Of a stretch of 64,000 nt of DNA, positions 12,720 to 26,842 are shown in pieces. The notes beneath the pieces were generated by a model. That model had not been told where the DNA came from. It worked only from the letters and a program-made list of their open reading frames with translations, and did no database searches. Numbering within the stretch: position 1 is the stretch's first letter; every line of letters starts with the position of its first letter. The translations under genes were made by a program, and so were the position numbers. This DNA comes from Hemiscyllium ocellatum (taxonomy: Eukaryota), in assembly GCF_020745735.1 (NCBI RefSeq), contig NC_083408.1, positions 93,216,484 through 93,280,483 of the forward strand, in the 5' to 3' direction.

Positions 12720-13690
12720 TCTTCATTTCAACTCCAATGGTCATCTCACTGCTGATTTCGTTTAAATCACTTGTTCCATTTAAACTCTCCTTCCCATATT
12801 TCTAATCAAATGTTCTAACTTACCTTCTCATATGGTCTCCATCATAGATCACCTCACGTATGACCATTTGCTCATATTTCACACTATTAATATCACATTA
12901 TACTTTCCCAACATGAATTATGTGCCTGTTTTGTAAAAAAAACTTTCCCAAGTTCCTTAATAAGTGCATTACAAAACTGCGAAACATCTAACCTACAGCA
13001 TTCTATGATACTTCTTCAACAGTTTGTCTACTCAGCCACCACTAAACACAATGCCCTTTTTTCTCCAGTTTTCATGTTATTCTCGCTCATCTTGGTTGCT
13101 TGTCCTTTCTATGCTTCCTCAAACTCAAAGTTTCAGTCTTGAGCATATCTCACTTACTTGTGGTTTGGTTAGCCCTTACCATATCTGTCTGGAACTCATT
13201 CTCCTCTGCTAAAATCTTTCTCAACTTTAGGATAATCCTCGTGAGTTGAGTCTTGGCCTCTTTTCAGTTTCATCAAATGTGTTCTTTTATTCCTAACCCC
13301 TATTTCCATCTCAAGTGAGCACGAGGCACGCATGGATTTCTCTGTCAGTGCAATTGCATTTGCTGTTCCCAAATCTAACTTCTCTCATCTTCTCTCAGAC
13401 CATACACTTCGCAGCCTTGATCTTGTGTCTTTTTGTAGTTTCTCTGCAATCGTCCCTTTGTGTGGATATTTCACACTCATGATCCACTTGCTGTACCATT
13501 GATGCTAAAATGATAATCTTACAACCTCACTTCCTGACTTCTATGCCATTTCAATTGTCTCCAGTCCAGTTTAATAATCCGTACATCAACCGTCTCTTCA
13601 AGAGAAAATATCCATGATCCATTTTCCCTCGCAAACTAATCTTGTCTTTAACTTTCAGAATACAGTTGTGACTTTCCATATCTGTGCCCT
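12720..13690 (+). mobile_element. Ancient L2-like LINE remnant
   Basis: Pyrimidine-rich sense strand with degenerate endonuclease/RT-region wording (GGTCATCTC..., ATGACCATTTG, CTTGATCTT); no intact frame. Confidence 0.35.
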
Positions 13691-13839
13691 TCAGAATATA
13701 ATGGGACAAACAGGTAAGGAATACTGGGATAGATGGCCAGTTGTGATACTTCAACATTTATGACTATATTTATGGCAATTAACATTTGTCAGAGTTAACA
13801 TTGCAAGTCTACTGAACACAGTATGGAATTTTGATGCAC

Positions 13840-14165
13840 TATCAATGGTACAGGGCACCAAGGTGAGAGGGGAAAGGTTTAAGAGAGATAAGTGAGGGAG
13901 GCTTTTCATGCAGAGAGTGGTAGGAACCTGGAACACACTGCCAGAAGTAGTGGTGGAAGTGAGCACATTGATGACATTTAAGCGGCATTTGGATAGTTAC
14001 ATGAATACACTGGGAATAGAAGAATGTGGACTGAATAAGGGCAGAAGGTTTGTTTTTTAGTTTAGTTGGAGCATGATGATTGGCACAGGTGTGGAGGGCT
14101 GAAAATGTGTTGCTGGTTACCAAAGAGCCTGTTCTTGTGCTGTACCTCTCTTTTGTTCTCTTTGT
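13840..14165 (+). mobile_element. CR1 3' end
   Basis: GGTGAGAGGGGAAAGGTTTAAG...CAGAGAGTGGTAGG..CTGGAAC...GAGCCTGTTCTTGTGCTGTAC and terminal TGTTCT repeats. Confidence 0.85.
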
Positions 14166-14847
14166 TATTTTGTATCTCTATTTCTCCAACTGTAGGACTT
14201 GAGGACCAAACTCAGAGAATACTGATTTCCTTGGTAAAACAGAGGAAAAGGCTCCAGAAACTTAGAACTGTCTAGCTTCATCCCTTTATTCAAAAAGGAC
14301 ATGATTCAGGCCTTCCTCAATTTCTGTGCAAACAGCTCTCCAAACCATTGATGGGTGTACATCATGCCTTATTTGTAAAAGTGTGGCTAGTTCACCATTG
14401 AACTTTGGTGTCTGTGGAGATGCAAGGTATCTCACTGCATAGTGAGCCTTCTGTCAGGTGTTGCAAAATAAGAAACCAAAATTTTCATTGCCCAAGGTAG
14501 TCCCTTGTCTGGACATTGAATTGCATCTGAAACAATGAGAGATGGAATTCATGGACACAGTGGTTAAATTGAAGTAGACTTTGGTGTTGAAGTCTTGATG
14601 CCATCTGAGAAGGCCAATGATGAGCAGTGTAGAAAGCAACATTAAACTGAGATACTATTGATGCAGTTACAAGCTTGAAATAAAAGAGAATTTGCAATTC
14701 AAAAATTTCTTCAGATATTAAATAGGCCAAATTCACAGTCTACAGCAGTCGTTTTCTTTAAATAAAAAGATGTGCAGCCAATTTCTAACTCTGGCACTTG
14801 AATGACAATTTGGAATGAGGTTGTGTACTTGCCTTTGTTGGAAACTG

Positions 14848-14975
14848 GGAGAAAGTGAGGACTGCAGATGCTGGAGACCAGAGTTGAAAAATGTGGCGCT
14901 GGAAAAACACAGCAGGACAGGTAGCATCTGAGGAGCAGGAGAATCAACGTTTCAGGCATAAGCCCTCATTCAGGA
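14848..14975 (-). mobile_element. PLE family 1 3'-end fragment with degenerate hammerhead
   Basis: Reverse complement of the CCTGA..GAGGGCTTATGCCTGAAACGTTGATTCTCCTGCTCCTC...CAGCATCTGCAGTCCTCACTTTCTCC end. Confidence 0.8.
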
Positions 14976-15329
14976 TGGAAATTACCTGATTTGGTTTTCA
15001 TTGAAGTTGCAGGGGTAGAATGCATGGCTCAAGCTCTGAAACTATACTGCACCATGGAAAATGAAAACACTGCAATTAGTCCAAGTTTAAACTTCTTTGA
15101 TTAAAAGACTGTCCATGCCATAAAATATTCCATTTCACAGAGACAAAATCAGTGGATAAATGAATCCTGAGTCATCGGAAGATATTCCAAATGGACTCAG
15201 TCAGAATGTGCTTTGATGATGGCTTTAAAGGGTTGGAAGTGGAACATATTCTAATGCATTGCAGTAAAACAATTAAAGATACCCCAATGATGAGTCAAAG
15301 AAGAGGTGGATGCCTAAGAAGGTGCATTA

Positions 15330-16200
15330 GTGGAATGGACGGCACTGAAGTTTTGAAAAAGTTGATCACAAAGATAGGAAGCAGCATGATCACAAAGGAA
15401 TGAACATAACAATAAGAATTTTCAAGGTTGTACCATCAGGCTACAGGTAACCAATGTCAATTAGTAAAAACAGAGTTGGTAATGATTGAGCAAACTTTAG
15501 TGCAGGTTAGGATACTGGCGCCACAGTTTGGTCTGGCTGAAGTTTATGAAATATGAAAGGTGAGAGAACCTCCCAGAAGAACAGTGGACAAGTCAAGTCA
15601 AGGCGCATACATGAAGGTTTTAACAACAGATAGGCTGAGATGGAGATGGAGATGGGTCAGAGCACAGATGGCAAGTGAGCTAACTTTGTAACGGAGTGAA
15701 TATGTATTGGAAGTTTAACTCAAACTCAATAGGATAACAATATTGTGGATACAAGTAGTTTGGTTCAAATTGAAATAATGTTTGGGGGTAAGGTGGAATT
15801 TGAAAAATAGTCTGACAGTGCTGAGGGAGTCAGAGTGGCGGAGAGATGTGGTGGAGAGTCATCAGAGCTGTTATGGATCTAATCTAATACTCATGTGTGA
15901 TAGAAAGGCAAAAAAGCTCTAACGAATGAAGAAGAGGGAAGATTCATGTTGAACTCCAGAGGTAACAGTGCATCAAGTGAGGAGAAAAATCAATGTTGGT
16001 GATCTTTTGGCTACAGTTGGATATGTTGCAGTGATTTTACTCAGAGAAGAATGGTAGTATTGTTGACCATATCAGTGATTCTATCATACGAAGATAGATA
16101 TTAAACAGTCAGAATGATGTCATTTGTGATTTGGGAATAGGTTATCTGCTGGTTAACTGCAGTGAAGTGTGGCAGGCACATAAATCTGGTTAGATAAACG
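15330..16200 (-). mobile_element. L2-like LINE remnant
   Basis: Purine-rich + strand with typical antisense L2 wording (GTGCAGGTTAGGATAC..., AAGTCAAGTC.., ATGAAGGTTTTAACAACAGA). Confidence 0.45.
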
Positions 16201-16312
16201 GCTATTAATGAAGAATGTCTGTCATAGGAACTACTACCCTAGGATTCTTCAGTTCATAAAGGACGAAGGATTGCCAATACAAACAAAGTTTTAAACTGTT
16301 TGTCAAAATTAA

Positions 16313-16314
<2 letters not shown>

Positions 16315-16394
<80 letters not shown>
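16315..16394. repeat. (GT)40 microsatellite
   Basis: Uninterrupted 80-bp GT run. Confidence 0.98.
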
Positions 16395-16397
<3 letters not shown>

Positions 16398-17368
16398 AAG
16401 AAGAATATTTATTCTTGTAGGTACACAATAGATATAAAGTTGAGTTTGATGCAAATAATTCTGTGATCGGCAATATTTTAAAAATGTGTTTGATAATATG
16501 TGACTGCTCAGATCAATTTTATTTATTCAATATTTGTAGAAAAGGAACCATAGAAAATGGTCTGAGTGTCACAATGGACCTTTGAGACTCAGGATAGCCC
16601 AGTTTGCATTGCATAACATCATCTGTCATTTTATCAATTTAGATGAATGACAATTTTCTACAGTCAGTGCACAGAATACAACGGCAGTGACTGTAAAGAC
16701 AAACATGTGATGCAGATCAGATCAAATAATGCAAAAAAAAAAGAACACACACACATTTGTACTTCCTAATAGCCTCCCCAATGGTTTTATGATCAACTCT
16801 TTAACATTCCAGTTATCTTTTCAGCTACCACAACCACTTTCATCATGGATGAATATTTAAATACTTCGGGGACTGGTAGAATAGTAACTTGAGAATTGAT
16901 GTGGTAATTTTGTACCAAATATAAAAAAAAAGGTGTCACAGTAGGCAAACAACTTGATGATGTGTTTGATGCACAAATTGTTTCCAGATTACTTCTTAAA
17001 ATTAGGAAGGGAAATATCTTAATTCAGAGGATGAAAATCAGTGAAAATGTGTGTCATAGTCATAGAGTCAGTCTGAACATTTTACACTTTCTGTACAATT
17101 TCTACTGAATCCAACTTGTGTGGTAATATATTCACAGCAACAGGGCTAGTAATTAGATCAAATTGGATAAAGCCATCATAAATAATGAATGATATGCCAT
17201 TATTTCTGTGTTCCTTCATAACTTCTTGGTCATTGAAAGCTGTACAATTAATTGTACAATCATACACAAATAGGCTCACAGTTTTGATACCTGGTCTATG
17301 CTGAAATAACTGATGCTTCACGAATGGATGGGGAGTTGGCAGTTTAATCAGGTTCTGATTTCAGGTTT

Positions 17369-17600
17369 ATTTTATTCATTTACAGGATGTGGGTGTTGCT
17401 GGCTGGTCCAGTATTTGTTGCCCACCCCTATCTGCCTGTGAAAGTGAGTGGCCTGATAGGCCCATTTCAAAGGGCAGTTAAGAGTCAACCACATTGCTGT
17501 GGGTCTTGAGACACAAGTAGGCCAGACCAGGTAAGGATAGCAGATTTCCTTCTGAAGGAACATTAAAGAACCAGATGGATTCTTACAACAATGGTTACAC
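17369..17600 (-). mobile_element. SINE family B (3' two-thirds)
   Basis: AGGGCAGTTAAGAGTCAACCACATTGCTGTGGGTC...GGCCAGACCAGGTAAGGA is the reverse complement of the family core. Confidence 0.85.
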
Positions 17601-17618
17601 AGTTACCTTTCAATTCCA

Positions 17619-17885
17619 GACACGGTGGCTCAGTGATGAGCATTGCTGCCTCATGGCGCCAGATATCTGGGTTAATTTCATCCTCAGGCGACTGTCTATG
17701 TGTAGTTTGCACATTCTCCCTGTGTCTGGTCAGGTTTCCTCCCATTGTCCAAAGATGCACAGGTTAGGTGGACTGGCCATGGGAAATGCAGGGTTATAGG
17801 GATGGATGGGATGCCTCTTAGAAGGGTCGCTGTAGACTTAGTGGGCTAACTGGCTTACCTCCACACTGTGGAGATTCTATGATTC
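17619..17885 (+). mobile_element. HE1-type V-SINE
   Basis: Same head, V-domain and tail as the copy at 3347. Confidence 0.88.
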
Positions 17886-18816
17886 ACCATCAGCCACAGT
17901 GTAAATGGAGCCCACATTTCCAGAGAATTAGCTTGCATTAATAGTGCAATTGTAATTATGCCACTCCCTTCCCTCAAACCAGAAGCTGCTTGAGCTCTTG
18001 AGTATTTCCAGGATTTCTACTTTTCTCTGATGGCATTACAGTCAGACTAACATTCCAGCAAGATAACTTCAGATTAACTAAAATTTCTGCTCCTCATATT
18101 ATCTAGTAATTAATGATGAAAAGTTCATGATATGTAAGGAAACTGTGGCTATGTGGCAATGTGAATGCAAAGTGAGGTGTGGATAAGTGAATAGCGATGG
18201 GAATTAGAAATTCACTCATTGGTGATGAAATGAGACCCAGGATGACATAACTCCCAAGCTGCATGGAATTTCCATTGCACGATAACCCATCTACTCTGAG
18301 TGGAATGACAGGATTGGAATAGTACATGGATGCTGGCTGCCTTTCAAACCTAGAGAAATGGGAGGATCAGTGTTGTAGCCATTTCTTGTAGTTTTCATGA
18401 TTGAGTTTCAACTTTCCTCTTGGGGTCTAGTTCAATAAGGAAAATTGAGTAAATGTTTAAATTATGTGCTTCTCTTGGCCAACCAGGGATGAGCGATAAA
18501 TACTGTTGCAGCCAGCAAATGCCTACATATCATAAATTAACTTTTTAAAAATAAGGATTTGCTGGACTGCCTGCTCAGGGCATCTTGCTAAATTTTGTGG
18601 AAGGGCCCTGATTATATTGTTCAGATTCGGCATTCAATATGGAAAGAAGGAGCACACCAGCTTTAGGCTGGTCACCTTTCCGACCAGGTATTAGATTTTA
18701 GTCATTGTGACTTGTATTGAGGAAGAGACTGAAAGTACTTCAGATGCCAAAGCAGGAGGCATTAGTGACCAATTAGATAGAACATCTAATCATCTATTTG
18801 CAGCAACATAAACCAA

Positions 18817-18907
18817 GGGAGAATGTGCAAACTCCACACAGACAGTTGCCTGAGACAGGAATTGAACGCGGGTCTCTGGTGGTGTAAGGTGTGCCACCGT
18901 GCCGCCC
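18817..18907 (-). mobile_element. HE1-type SINE head fragment
   Basis: GAGAATGTGCAAACTCCACACAGACAG...CCACCGTGCCGCCC. Confidence 0.8.
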
Positions 18908-19816
18908 ATTTATATCTATCTATCTATATAATATATATGTTGATTAATCACCAGTAATTTCATATTGCAATATTTATTCTTACATATTATTATTTGGTAA
19001 AATAATATTATCAGATAAAGCTATAATGATAGTCACATTTTCTACAGCATTCTTCATATTAATTATGTAACAAAGGATCTAATTATCAAGTTAAAACCAA
19101 ATATTTTAATTTTAGGTTGCACTTAAGAAGTGCAAATATTTCAGACAGACAGTAATGAATTGATGACTATTTGGTTGAGGTTAAACTTAATTGGTAATTA
19201 GTGTTTTTCGACCTGAAGTCCACAATTGTAATTGATCCTAGTTAGGACTTTTTATTCTTCAGCTGTAATGTTTCAGGATCAGCTAAAGTGGTCTATTCCT
19301 CAGTGAGAAAGATCGCATGTAAGTTGATCCTTATCTGTTCTATTGAGTCATGGAAACTGCTTCAACAAACTAAAGATGAATTGGCACGCAGTGAAAGAAG
19401 TCATAAACACTTAATATTAAAGTCGAGATTCACCGATTGGCAAGAGATAAACTATGCTTATCTTGTTCTGGTAAAGAGCAGAGGTGCTATTATTTTCAAT
19501 TACCAGAGTGTCATTAAAAATAAACACAAAGCCATCTTGCTGATGTGCAGAATGTAATTGCTTCGAAGCCAACATATTTAGGATAGGTTGAGCAGATTTC
19601 CTTCTCTGACAATTATTGGCTTGTTTAAAATTGATGCATTGTTGGTGAAAGCTAGCACTGCATACTTCATATGTTAATATTTATAATATAAATGACAATA
19701 ATAAATATATCAATATCTGCACTTATGATACAAATTTACACTGAAGTGGAAACAACACATACATTGGAAAAAAAAGGTTTGTGAATATTCTGTTCAATAT
19801 GAATGTTAATATCAAT

Positions 19817-20037
19817 AAAAACCAAAAGAACTGCAGATGCCGCAAATCCGAAACAAAAACAGAAATTGCTGGAAAAGCTCAGCAGGTCTGGCAGCATCTG
19901 TGAAGAGAAATCAGAGTTAACATTTCAGAACTGAGGAAGGGTCACCAGACCTGAAACATTAACTCTGATTTTACTTCGCAGATGCTGCCAGACCTGCTGA
20001 ATCTTTCCAGCAATTTCCATTTTTGTTCTGGATTTAC
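19817..20037. mobile_element. Palindromic mini-PLE, family 2, with hammerhead core at 19931-19960
   Basis: Inverted arms (AGAAATTGCTGGAAAAGCTCAGCAGGTCTGGCAGCATCTG / CAGATGCTGCCAGACCTGCTGAATCTTTCCAGCAATTTC); core CTGAGGA-A-GGGTC ACCA GACCT-GAAACATT; flanks AATATCAAT / AATATTAAT. Confidence 0.85.
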
Positions 20038-23000
20038 AATATTAATAGTTGTTCAGGATAGATAGAGTTCATCTATTCTGAGTAGTGCTTACCCATGCCT
20101 GTTTTAAACCTCTTGGTTGAGTTGTATTTGTGTTTAATAATGCGTAAACACCCAGTTGCCATTCTTTCTTCAGTTAATTTCATAAAGTTAAGAGCAAAGA
20201 CAGTTTAAGTGAGATGAATTGGGGCATGATTGTGTGTAACATTAGCAGAAACACCTTGAAACATCAGCATGAAATTTCATGCTGTTCCATTTTATCAAGT
20301 GCGCTTACACATTAATTTTAAATGCATTGATGCTTGTATTAAAACAGGACCCATATTGTGCCAACTCATCACTGATTTGTTCAGTAACATTGTAAGTGGG
20401 GATTTTAACCTTAAGGCCTTGGTGGGCTGAGGATAGAAATGCTCAATTAGCTTTCACTGATGTTTTCTAGAATAAGTTCTTAGCTGCACACCCACTGGAG
20501 TCGCTGCCAACCGTTAATTCACTCACTCTATTGCCAGTTGAAATCTTGATACACTTTGAAGGGATGAGGCAAAATTTATTAATTCCAAAAGCCAGCAAAT
20601 GGAAAGCTAGTGTTGGTAAATTCAGATATATTCCAAAATCGTAATAAACAATGATGCAAAAATCTCATTATCAAAAATAGCATTTCTACTTATTTACACA
20701 ATGCAATCATAAATAATCATTACAACTAAGGAGTCTTTCTGCAGTAATTTTCCTTTATTCTTTATGTTATTAACCAATACCTTCTCAGGAAAGAAATGAA
20801 TTATGCCTGGAAGCTGTTGAGACTACAATTGCATACTCCTACCGGCTCATGCTATAGTCTCAGACTTCCTTTTTGCTGATGTATTAAGATTCTGAATTGC
20901 ACAGGAGACTCAGATGTCATTATAGGGCTGAATTTGTGAAGTTCTGTCACTGGTTTGCATTTTGTAGTGTTTGATTTCAGCAGGGACAATGGCTGACATC
21001 CATGGGCCACACTGCAGTGCAAAACAGGAACATTAAACAGGTCCCACAGTGAGTTTTATTTCTTCAAATGGAGCCCTTAAAAACATTTTAAGGGAAATAG
21101 CTGTCTGTTTCCTTGAATAAAAAGGGTTATTTCAAATATATTTTGGTGGCAGCCATTGAGCTTATATTCTTTTATCTCTGGTTTTGACACATATGCTTTT
21201 ATAACTTGTCAATAATTTGAATCATTATTGTTGGCTCCTGCCAGGATTTAAATTCTACCAAGAGGAGTGCCTCTTTGATTACTGGGGCTGGCCGAGCCCT
21301 ACTGGAGAAGAAACTATTCTGACTCCTCTACAGCAGTGGGCCCCTGATCTAGGGTTGCTGCAGAATTGGAAGCCATCTTATTGGGCCAGCCGCCTGGAAA
21401 ACCAGCGTAATGACCGTTGTTGGGTGGTCAGTCTATCAGCAGCCATTTAAGAAGCACCCTCTCCACCAAGAAAATTGCTGCTGCATGTTTACATGCCTGA
21501 AGAATCTTGACATCAGGACTCACTCACGTACAAGGAAATCACAGCTTCTCGCTATACATATATATAAGCTCTGTACCTTTGTTTAAGAAAAACTGTCAAA
21601 AGTATTTATATAACTATAGCCTGACTTTTCCTTTAAATTGCTCCCACCTATTCACCATATCTTTACTGTCAACATAGTGCCAGAGTCAGAATGAATGTAA
21701 GGGCATGTTTGACTCATGTCTTGAAACATTTTTCCATTTTATCTTCTTAATGAGGTTCAGCCCTCACTTTTGGCTGTCTGAAGTACTTTCGGTTGTTTCA
21801 TTCCACTAACGTTGTTACCATCATTGTGCATTACGGAGCAAATCAAACATCTTCTTGCTGACCTTATCCTTTGTGTGATGGCTTTGTTAGACCAATGCAG
21901 CTCTACGTATTAGATCCCAAGACAGCACATAATTTTCTTGTTGGTCATTTGTACATCCAAAGAGTAATTCACAGAGCCATTACTAAGTTCTGAAGAGCAT
22001 AAAGAGCACTATCATAGACCCTTGCCTCCCTTTGGTGCTTTTGCTGTTTTAGGAGGAGCAATTTTCTTTCTTCAAAGCTTGATTAATGGACAGCATGCCT
22101 TTAACACCAGTACCTTTACTCATTCTTGTGTGACTGATCACTGTTGTAGCAAATGACTTCTGATTGGCACATCCTCTGTGTACATGTTCTTTCCTGTGAA
22201 GAAAAAGCACTGTATTGAAAATCTCATTACCAAGAAGGTATTTAAAGCAATTCAGTACACAAGTAAATGCTAAATTATGCCTTCTTTTGAACAAAATAAA
22301 TGAGGAGAAAGCATTTTCATGCTTATCTTTTTATGAAGTAATGGATTATGGATAATAAACTAATATGCCACAGAGCAAGGATAATGCTCATGTACATTGC
22401 TTGGGCTGTAACCTGACAATAAAGAACATGCCCAATTCATGTTTGAACATAGAGATGAGTATGATAATGGTCAGGTGATCTGCTATGATGGATTATGTGT
22501 CGAAATGGTGCACACTTACTGAGATGACACAGTAAGGGCCATGATATGCACTGTGCTTTTTCACTTTTGTGAACAATTCACTGGATTTGACAATATAATA
22601 TTCAATATGGAAGAACTCTTTGGTTCTAAAGGGAGGTGGCTGTAGTTTCATCCAATGTCATGCAATCATTCATATTTGGAAAAAGACTTCTGTGCAAAAT
22701 GAATGAACATTGCAATTTTTCATAAATTCCTGAGAAGCGAAACTAGAAGTGTGAATTATTTATGTATTATTCATCATTCTATTTTTCTTTTTAACCATGT
22801 CTGATGATATGTGGTGAGCCACATAGACCAGAAGGTCACAGGTTTGAGTGTTGATCTATACTGGCACTGCAATCATGTGCGACAATTGACTTTGGCACCC
22901 CCAATTTCTACCTGGTAAAAATTCTCAACAGTTAAAATGCCTGATAACATTCCAGTGCCTTATGGTGGATAGCACAATTATGTCAGAACACAGGCTCCAT

Positions 23001-23337
23001 TTTTAACACTGAAACCTATGACTGAATCAATTCCTATCACCTTTCAGGGTAATGTATGCTAAACCATCATGGCTGCATACATAAAAAGAACTGGTCTCAT
23101 TTCCCATCTGCAGAGGGCAAACAACTCTTTCAAAATATAAAAGGGCAGGAGAATCCTAGTGACGGAGTGTTGGGGGTGGGGATGAGGGCGCCTGTAGGAA
23201 GATTCCAAAACAGTTGTTCTCCAACTATCGTAAGTCTGATTTTTCCACACATTTATATTAATTTAGTCAAGTTCTCCACACTTCTCAATGACAGAAGACT
23301 CATGAAATTCACTCAGCCAACTTCCTTGACCAGGATA

Positions 23338-23522
23338 GGGCAGCACAGTGGTTCAGCAGTTAGTGCTATTGCTTCACAGTGCGAGGAATCAATCCCACCC
23401 TCAGGTGACTGGCTGTGTGGAGTTTTCACATTCTCTCTGTGTCTGTGTGGGTTTCCTCTCACAGTCCAAAGATATGCAGTTCCAAAGATTGGCAAGCCTA
23501 AAATGCCTATCGTATCCAGGGA
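23338..23522 (+). mobile_element. HE1-type V-SINE, degenerate
   Basis: GGGCAGCACAGTGGTTCAGCAGTTAG...TGTGTGGAGTTTTCACATTCTC..CAGTCCAAAGATATGCAG. Confidence 0.8.
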
Positions 23523-24744
23523 TTGCTGTGAATACTCCAACCTTATCTTTTGCACTGCTGTGTTGGGCTCTTCCAACATTGAGATTGGGGACATTTGTGG
23601 ACTCTCCTTCTCCTGTGAGTTGTTTAATTGTCACCACCATTCACAATCCTGCTTTGCCTATGTTTTGTCTAGGGCTGTTTAAGCATAGAATCCCTACCAT
23701 GTGGAAGCAGATCATTCGGCCCATTGAGTCCACACCAACCCTCTGAAGAGCAGACAAACCAAAGATGTGGATCATATTTACATTGTCAGCTACAACTGTT
23801 TCTTATGTGAAAAAAAATTCGAGCCTTTGTCTTCACTGGAGTTGAGATGAGAGATTCTCCCTAAAGAATCTCAGTGCATATATACCCTCCTGCTCTATTT
23901 CCTTCTCTTGTTCCACCTGTTTAATTTAGCATCTTATTCTAAGGATCTCACGAAACAACATCAACTGAAAAGGGAGGGATATCCACTAAGCTACTGGTTC
24001 ACCATCAGCCATTTTAAACCAATTCACAAAATTAAAACTATCCTAATGAATGGTAACATAGAAATCCAGCTGAAAACCAAATATTTAGATTATGCAGATT
24101 TTTAACTTTGGATTCTTAGCAGAGACTCCAGAAGTGCATATATTTGTTGCAATTGAGGATATTTGCCTTTCCCACCATCTTCAAAGATAATTATGCTGAT
24201 TTAGCCATCTCCCTAGTGACCTGTACATCTTAACTCTTGGACAAAATATATTGGATCTTCTAAATGTCAGGCTGCTTTCTACAAGTACAGTCATGTTTTC
24301 TTTCAAGATTAATTGAAAGGCTTACTCTTACCCATAGGAATTTTAAAAGCAATCTGCAAAGTACCATTTTGTTTGAAAATTGAGCAGGAGAATTTTAACA
24401 GCATACGATCATAGAAAGCAGATCATTGATCCAGGAGATTATATGTATTTCACTTGGGTCTACCAAGCCATATTGTATTCAGAGTAAAACTGCCAAGCTC
24501 AGAGATGCTGTAAGTTAAATCATTGATTTGAAACTTCTCAATGAGTAAGGTAGGAGCCGAAGAAGGAATAGTCTTCAGCCTGTTTCTAATAGCAACTGAA
24601 AATCAAAAGATAACTGAAAAAGTTGGTCATTTTGGATTTATGATGTAATGAGAATATCATTCTCACCAGCCTTTTAATGCTAAGGCTGCTATTCCATCAA
24701 AACTGTTAGGAGAACCCAATAAAACTCACTTTCACTGAAGAAGA

Positions 24745-25250
24745 AAAATGTTGTTAAACTTGAAAGAGTGCAGAAAAGATTTACAAGGATGCTGCCGGGG
24801 TAGGAGGGTTTGATCTACAGAGTGAAGCTGAATAGGCTGGGACTATTTTCCTTGAAGTGTGGGAGGCCGAAGGGTGACCTTATACACGTTTATAAACTCA
24901 TGAGGGGCATGGATAGGGTGAGCAGTCAAGTCATTTCCTAGGGTGGGAGAGTCTAAAGCTAGAGGGCATAGATTTAGGGGGAGAGGAGAAGATTTATAAT
25001 GGACCCAAGCATTAACTTTTTCACGCAGAGTGTGGTGCCTGTATGGAATGAGTTGCCAGAGGATGTGGTGGAGGCTGGTACAATTATTACATTTAAAAGG
25101 CATCTTTATGTGCATATGAATAGGAAAGGTTTAGAGGGGTATGGGTCAAATGTGAGCAAATGGGACTAGATTAATTCAAGAAATCTGGCCAGCATGGACG
25201 AGTTGGACTTGAGGGTTTGTTTCCATGCTGTACAACTTTATGACTCCGAG
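24745..25250 (+). mobile_element. CR1 (HER1-type) 3' fragment
   Basis: GAAAGAGTGCAGAAAAGATTTACAAGGATGCTGCC (ERVQKRFTRML) through a 3' UTR colinear with 46150-46545. Confidence 0.9.
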
Positions 25251-25394
25251 TAGAACAGTGAGATAATCAGAATCTATTTCCTTATTGAGTAGTTGATTTA
25301 GACAAAGACAGACCTAAATCAGTCAATCAATCTTAACAAACTGGGGATAGATAGATTGTAAGTAGAAAACAAATAGACAACGTAAGTTGAAACA

Positions 25395-25855
25395 AACATA
25401 AACAAAAATTGCTAGAAAAACTGGAGACAAGTCAAAATTAGCGGAACTACTGGAAAGAAAAATCATTGGACTCGAAACAGGAACTCTGTTTTCTCCCCAT
25501 AGCTGCTACCAGACCTGTCGGGTTTCCCCAGCAATTTGTTTTTGTTTGTTTGTAATCTCCATTCTCTGCCGTTACAGAATCATAGAGTCATAGAGCATTG
25601 AAACAAGTCCTTCAGCCCACCACATCTATGTGGACCAACAAGTAACAAACCAGACAAATCCTGGTTACTTGTACTTTGTCCATAACTCAGTATTCCCTGC
25701 CATTGATGCTTCATCCAGATGCTTCTTAGGTGCTGTTACAGTACTAGCCTCCAGCATTCTCTCAGGCAATGCATTCCATATTTATACCATCAGCTGAGTG
25801 AGAGAATTGTTTCTCAGATCTCATTTAAACCACTGACTCCTTACCTTAAACCCCT
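25395..25855. mobile_element. Degenerate PLE family 2 palindrome (~25395-25560) followed by a CR1 3' end on - (~25575-25855)
   Basis: AAATTGCTAGAAAAACT ... GACTCGAAAC..CCAGACCTG..CCAGCAATTT; then TCATAGAGTCATAGAG..CCTTCAGCCCACC. Confidence 0.65.
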
Positions 25856-26126
25856 GTTCTATTTTAATGTGAATTGATCCAGACTGTACCATGTTCTGCA
25901 TACACTCCAATTTTATCCTTTCAGGTTTTTCTTGTTCTCTCTTACATTGATACACAGAGACTCCACTTGTGAAACACAGCAAGGCATATGCACATTCTTC
26001 CTTTCTTCACATTCACATGCAAACGATTTTCATCTTCCATCATATATTTTCAGATATTATGGAGAAACTGTTTTTCTCCTCAAGGTTATGGCTTAATTGC
26101 AAATTTGGTACGTATTTTATCAAATT

Positions 26127-26352
26127 AAGAGTGTTGAGCTGGAAAAGCACAGCACGTCAGGCAGCATCCCAGGAGCTGGAGGATTGACTCTTCAGGCATA
26201 AGCCCTTCATCAGGAATGAGCTCATTCCTGATGAAGGGCTTATGTCTGAAATGTCGATTTCCCTGCTCCTCAGATGCTGTCTGACTGGCTGTGCTTTTCA
26301 AGCACCACACTCTCAACTCTGATCTCCAGCATCTGCAGTCTCTACTTTAGCC
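26127..26352. mobile_element. Palindromic mini-PLE, family 1, with two back-to-back hammerhead cores
   Basis: Perfect spacer-less 48-bp palindrome at 26197-26244 (CATAAGCCCTTCATCAGGAATGAG|CTCATTCCTGATGAAGGGCTTATG). TSD-like flanks TACGTATTTTATCAAAT / TATGTATTTTATTGAAT. Confidence 0.9.
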
Positions 26353-26842
26353 TATGTATTTTATTGAATAGATTTGAACAAATTGTTGAGTGCTGCTGAG
26401 AAATGAATTCACAAGTTGAAGGTTATGCAAATCTGATGAGACAGGTGTATCAAAGATCCAAAGTTATCAAAATTTAGAATTACCTTTTGACATCATAGCT
26501 ACCATCAACTATTCCTCCTTCTGTTTCTTCTTCCTCGAGAAACATCTAAATATTGATCTATAGTTGGAGTCATAAATGAAGATGGTTATGGTTGTTGCAA
26601 ATCAATCATCTCAGCCTCAGGAATCCCATCAGGAGTTCCTCACTGTTCAGAAATCAAGAACCACACATTTAAAACAGAGATCAGACAAAACAAATTCTCC
26701 CTGAAGGCTCTGAATCTTTGGAATTCTCTTCTTTAAAAGGTGGTGGAATCAGAGTCCTTGAATATTTTTAAGACAGAGGTAGATAGATTCTTGTTAAGCA
26801 AAGTGGTCAAAAAATAATTGAGGGAGGAATATGGAGTTGAAG

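Noticed and set aside
23056-23746. 208-aa and 132-aa ORFs
   Set aside because: They run through an HE1 SINE and LINE scraps; no coherent protein.
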